This document shows, one piece after another, positions 13,092 to 15,609 of a stretch of 15,609 nt of DNA. The notes under the pieces were generated by a model. It made no database searches. It was given only the letters and a program-made list of their open reading frames with translations, and had not been told where the DNA came from. Positions within the stretch are counted from its first letter, which is position 1. Each line of letters begins with the position of its first letter. This stretch comes from an uncultured Erysipelotrichaceae bacterium (GTDB lineage: Bacteria; Bacillota_I; Bacilli_A; Erysipelotrichales; Erysipelotrichaceae): contig CAYNZZ010000021.1 in NCBI GenBank assembly GCA_964401865.1, positions 1 through 15,609 of the forward strand, given 5' to 3'. The position numbers and the translations under genes are program-made.

Positions 13092-14456
13092 ATGGAAACA
13101 ATTTGGAAAAAGTATGAAGATGAAAAAATTAAGCCAGTAATGGAATTTTCTGAAGGCTATAAGAATTTCTTAGATAACGGAAAAACAGAAAGAGAATGTG
13201 TTACAAAAGCTATCGAACTGGCTGAAGCACATGGATTTAAAGATTTGAATTCGGTTGATAAATTAAAAGCCAATGATAAAGTATATGTAAATAATCGTGG
13301 TAAGAATATTTGCTTATTTGTTATCGGTAAAGAAGGCATTACAAACGGTATGAATGTTTTGGGCGCTCATATAGATTCGCCACGTGTTGATTTAAAGCCA
13401 AATCCTGTGTATGAAAGTGACGGTTTATGTCTTTTGGATACACATTATTACGGTGGCATTAAGAAGTATCAATGGGTTGCTCATCCAATGGCTCTACATG
13501 GTGTAGTATGCAAAAAAGATGGAACAAAGGTAACTGTAAGCATTGGTGATGATGAAAAAGATCCAGTTATCGGTTTTACGGATCTACTTATCCACTTGGC
13601 TCAAGACCAGATGAAAAAGTCTGGTGCCACAGTAGTTGAGGGCGAAGATTTAAATGTATTATGCGGTTCAATTCCTGCTAAAAATGAAGAAAAAGATGCT
13701 GTAAAAACCAATATTTTAAATATTTTAAAATCAAAGTATGATATTGAAGAAAAAGACTTCTTATCAGCCGAACTATCTGTTGTGCCTGCTGGAAAGGCTA
13801 GAGATTACGGTTTAGATTCTAGTATGGTTATGGCATATGGTCACGATGACAGAGTTTGTGCCTATACATCTTTGATGGCTATTTTAGATACAGAAAATCC
13901 AGAAAGAACTTCTTGTTGTATCTTAGTTGATAAAGAAGAAGTTGGCTCACAAGGCAATACTGGTATGCAATCAAGATTTTTTGAAAATGTCGTTGCGGAA
14001 TTAATCGGCAAGATGGAAGAATATAATGATTTAAAACTTCGCCATACATTGACTAATTCTAAGATGTTATCATCAGATGTATCTGCTGGTTATGATCCAA
14101 ATTATGCATCGGTATTTGAAGCGAAGAATGCAGCATTTATCGGTGGTGGTTTGTGCTTCAACAAATATACAGGTTCAAGAGGCAAGAGTGGATGTAATGA
14201 TGCAAATGCCGAATATGTTGCAAAGGTCAGAAAAGTCATGGATCAAAACGATGTCAATTTTCAATTAGCTGAATTAGGAAAAGTTGATCAAGGCGGTGGC
14301 GGAACTATCGCTTATATCTTAGCTAATTTAAATATGGATGTCATTGATGCTGGTGTAGCTGTGTTAAATATGCACGCTTGTTACGAGGTTGCTTCTAAAG
14401 CTGATATTTATGAAGCGTATCGTGGATATGTTGCTTTCTTGAAGGACATGCAGTAA
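13092..14456 (+). CDS. M18-family aminopeptidase (aminopeptidase 1 type)
   Basis: 454 aa with RBS AGGAGG. The boxes GAHIDSPRVDLKPNP, HYYGGIKKYQW, AYGHDDRVC, VDKEEVGS and LNMHA match the conserved metal-ligand blocks of the M18 aspartyl/aminopeptidase family. Confidence 0.8.
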   Translation: METIWKKYEDEKIKPVMEFSEGYKNFLDNGKTERECVTKAIELAEAHGFKDLNSVDKLKANDKVYVNNRGKNICLFVIGKEGITNGMNVLGAHIDSPRVDLKPNPVYESDGLCLLDTHYYGGIKKYQWVAHPMALHGVVCKKDGTKVTVSIGDDEKDPVIGFTDLLIHLAQDQMKKSGATVVEGEDLNVLCGSIPAKNEEKDAVKTNILNILKSKYDIEEKDFLSAELSVVPAGKARDYGLDSSMVMAYGHDDRVCAYTSLMAILDTENPERTSCCILVDKEEVGSQGNTGMQSRFFENVVAELIGKMEEYNDLKLRHTLTNSKMLSSDVSAGYDPNYASVFEAKNAAFIGGGLCFNKYTGSRGKSGCNDANAEYVAKVRKVMDQNDVNFQLAELGKVDQGGGGTIAYILANLNMDVIDAGVAVLNMHACYEVASKADIYEAYRGYVAFLKDMQ

Positions 14457-15352
14457 TGTTTGTTTATTATGATGAAAGTATTTTGACAATAAGTTCAAGC
14501 GTTCGCAAGTATTTTAAGTTAAATACTTATTATCCAAGCGATAAAGAACTAGATGCTTTCCTTGATAAACAGAAACCTAAGAAAATTATTAATATCATAA
14601 TTGATGGTTTAGGAGCTAATGCATTAAATAGAACTTTAGCTCCTACTTCTTTTTTGATTGAGCGTCAATTTAAAAAGCTGCAGACCGTTATGCCAAGTAA
14701 TTATGCGGCAGAAGCAATTATTTCTGGCAAGACATTTAATCTATGCAGTAATGGTGATGTTCAAACAATTAAAATAGTTGACATCAACGATTTAAAGCTT
14801 TTGTATAAAGGTAACAATAATCTTGTATATGTTCAAATTGATGAGTATAAAAAGATGATAATCAAACATAATGTTGATAGTTTTGAAGCAAATAACTGTT
14901 TAAATGAAATAAACGAAAAAATTAAGGAATTGAAAGAAAACATTGATAATGACACTTTGATTATTGTGTACGGTAATTGTGGCTATATCAAAATCAATAG
15001 AAGATGCAACCTTGATGAATCGTATTCCAAATATTTCAATTTGCCACCAGTTTTAGAAAATAGATGTATTTCTTTTTTTGTAAGAGAAGATAAAACTTTG
15101 GAATTTGAAAAATCATTTAAACGTGATTTTGAAAAAGATTATATATTGTTGAATAAAAAACAGGTAATTGATTCCAAAATGTTTGGTTATGATGATAATT
15201 GTCAAACTTTCATTGATATGTTAGGCAGTCATTTAGCGGTCGCAAAAAATGATTTAATTCTTGAAAGTGAGAAAATGTTATATCCATATGATTATTCTTC
15301 TGGCGGAATACTGGACGATGAACTTTATGTACCGATTATTGTGATTAAATGA
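14456..15352 (+). CDS. hypothetical protein, possibly a degenerate alkaline-phosphatase-superfamily (phosphodiesterase-like) protein
   Basis: 298 aa. The start overlaps the aminopeptidase stop (TAATG). KKIINIIIDGLGANALN resembles the N-terminal metal-binding D-G-L/M-G box of type I phosphodiesterase/AP-superfamily proteins. However, the usual downstream D-H-G box is replaced (IIVYGNCGY). The functional call is weak. Confidence 0.35.
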   Translation: MFVYYDESILTISSSVRKYFKLNTYYPSDKELDAFLDKQKPKKIINIIIDGLGANALNRTLAPTSFLIERQFKKLQTVMPSNYAAEAIISGKTFNLCSNGDVQTIKIVDINDLKLLYKGNNNLVYVQIDEYKKMIIKHNVDSFEANNCLNEINEKIKELKENIDNDTLIIVYGNCGYIKINRRCNLDESYSKYFNLPPVLENRCISFFVREDKTLEFEKSFKRDFEKDYILLNKKQVIDSKMFGYDDNCQTFIDMLGSHLAVAKNDLILESEKMLYPYDYSSGGILDDELYVPIIVIK

Positions 15353-15371
15353 TGTAAATAACAAGCAAAAC

Positions 15372-15398
15372 AAAAAGTCCTTTATTAAGGACTTTTTT
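15372..15398. terminator. bidirectional terminator between convergent genes
   Basis: aaaaAGTCCTTtattAAGGACTttttt: a 7-bp stem and 4-nt loop with an A-run and a T-run on either side. Confidence 0.75.
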
Positions 15399-15452
15399 AG
15401 ATGCTTAAACTGTATAAATATAGTTCCGTAAAGAAGAATGAACAACAACTTT

Positions 15453-15608
15453 TTATTTTATAACCTCATATTTTAATTGAATATATGAATTGTCTAGTTG
15501 TTTACACTCGATCAACTTCAATGCTTTTAATTTACCAAGTTCTTTAGAAGAAACAATTGATTCTCCATCTATAAGAGTTGATGTATCTTTGCCTCCTACC
15601 AATAACGG
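15453..15608 (-). CDS. 3' end of an unidentified protein-coding gene (start off-window)
   Basis: The minus-strand frame is open from the window edge to TAA (15453-15455): PLLVGGKDTSTLIDGESIVSSKELGKLKALKLIECKQLDNSYIQLKYEVIK*. It is followed by the shared terminator. No family was recognised. Confidence 0.45.
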   Translation of the reverse strand, partial: PLLVGGKDTSTLIDGESIVSSKELGKLKALKLIECKQLDNSYIQLKYEVIK

Positions 15609-15609
15609 A

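Overview
Low-GC Firmicutes-type chromosomal window. The right half (about 10.0-15.6 kb) is ordinary core genome: an LtaS-family synthase, five tRNAs flanking dut, an M18 aminopeptidase, a coupled hypothetical gene and a partial convergent gene. The left part (1 to about 9.9 kb) is an accessory, defence-island-like mosaic. It starts with the edge of a GC-richer mobile-element-like segment (CPBP protease fragment and a cysteine-rich KTR peptide) fused into a broken rhuM gene. Next comes an AbiEi/AbiEii pair bracketed by 20-bp inverted repeats. Two tandem cassette units follow, built on a reiterated non-coding scaffold: R1 in three copies, and R2 (a parA leader plus parA remnant) in two copies. 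These units carry swapped cargo genes: a 98-aa deoxyribosyltransferase-like protein, a GNAT, and a COG2865-type AlbA_2/HATPase/wHTH protein behind a 4 x 11-bp iteron array. At the island edge is a translationally coupled MazG (RS21-C6-type) plus PD-(D/E)xK-DUF2075 (Schlafen-type helicase) operon, which I consider the best candidate for an undescribed two-gene anti-phage system. All family assignments come from reading motifs in the translations; no database search was possible.
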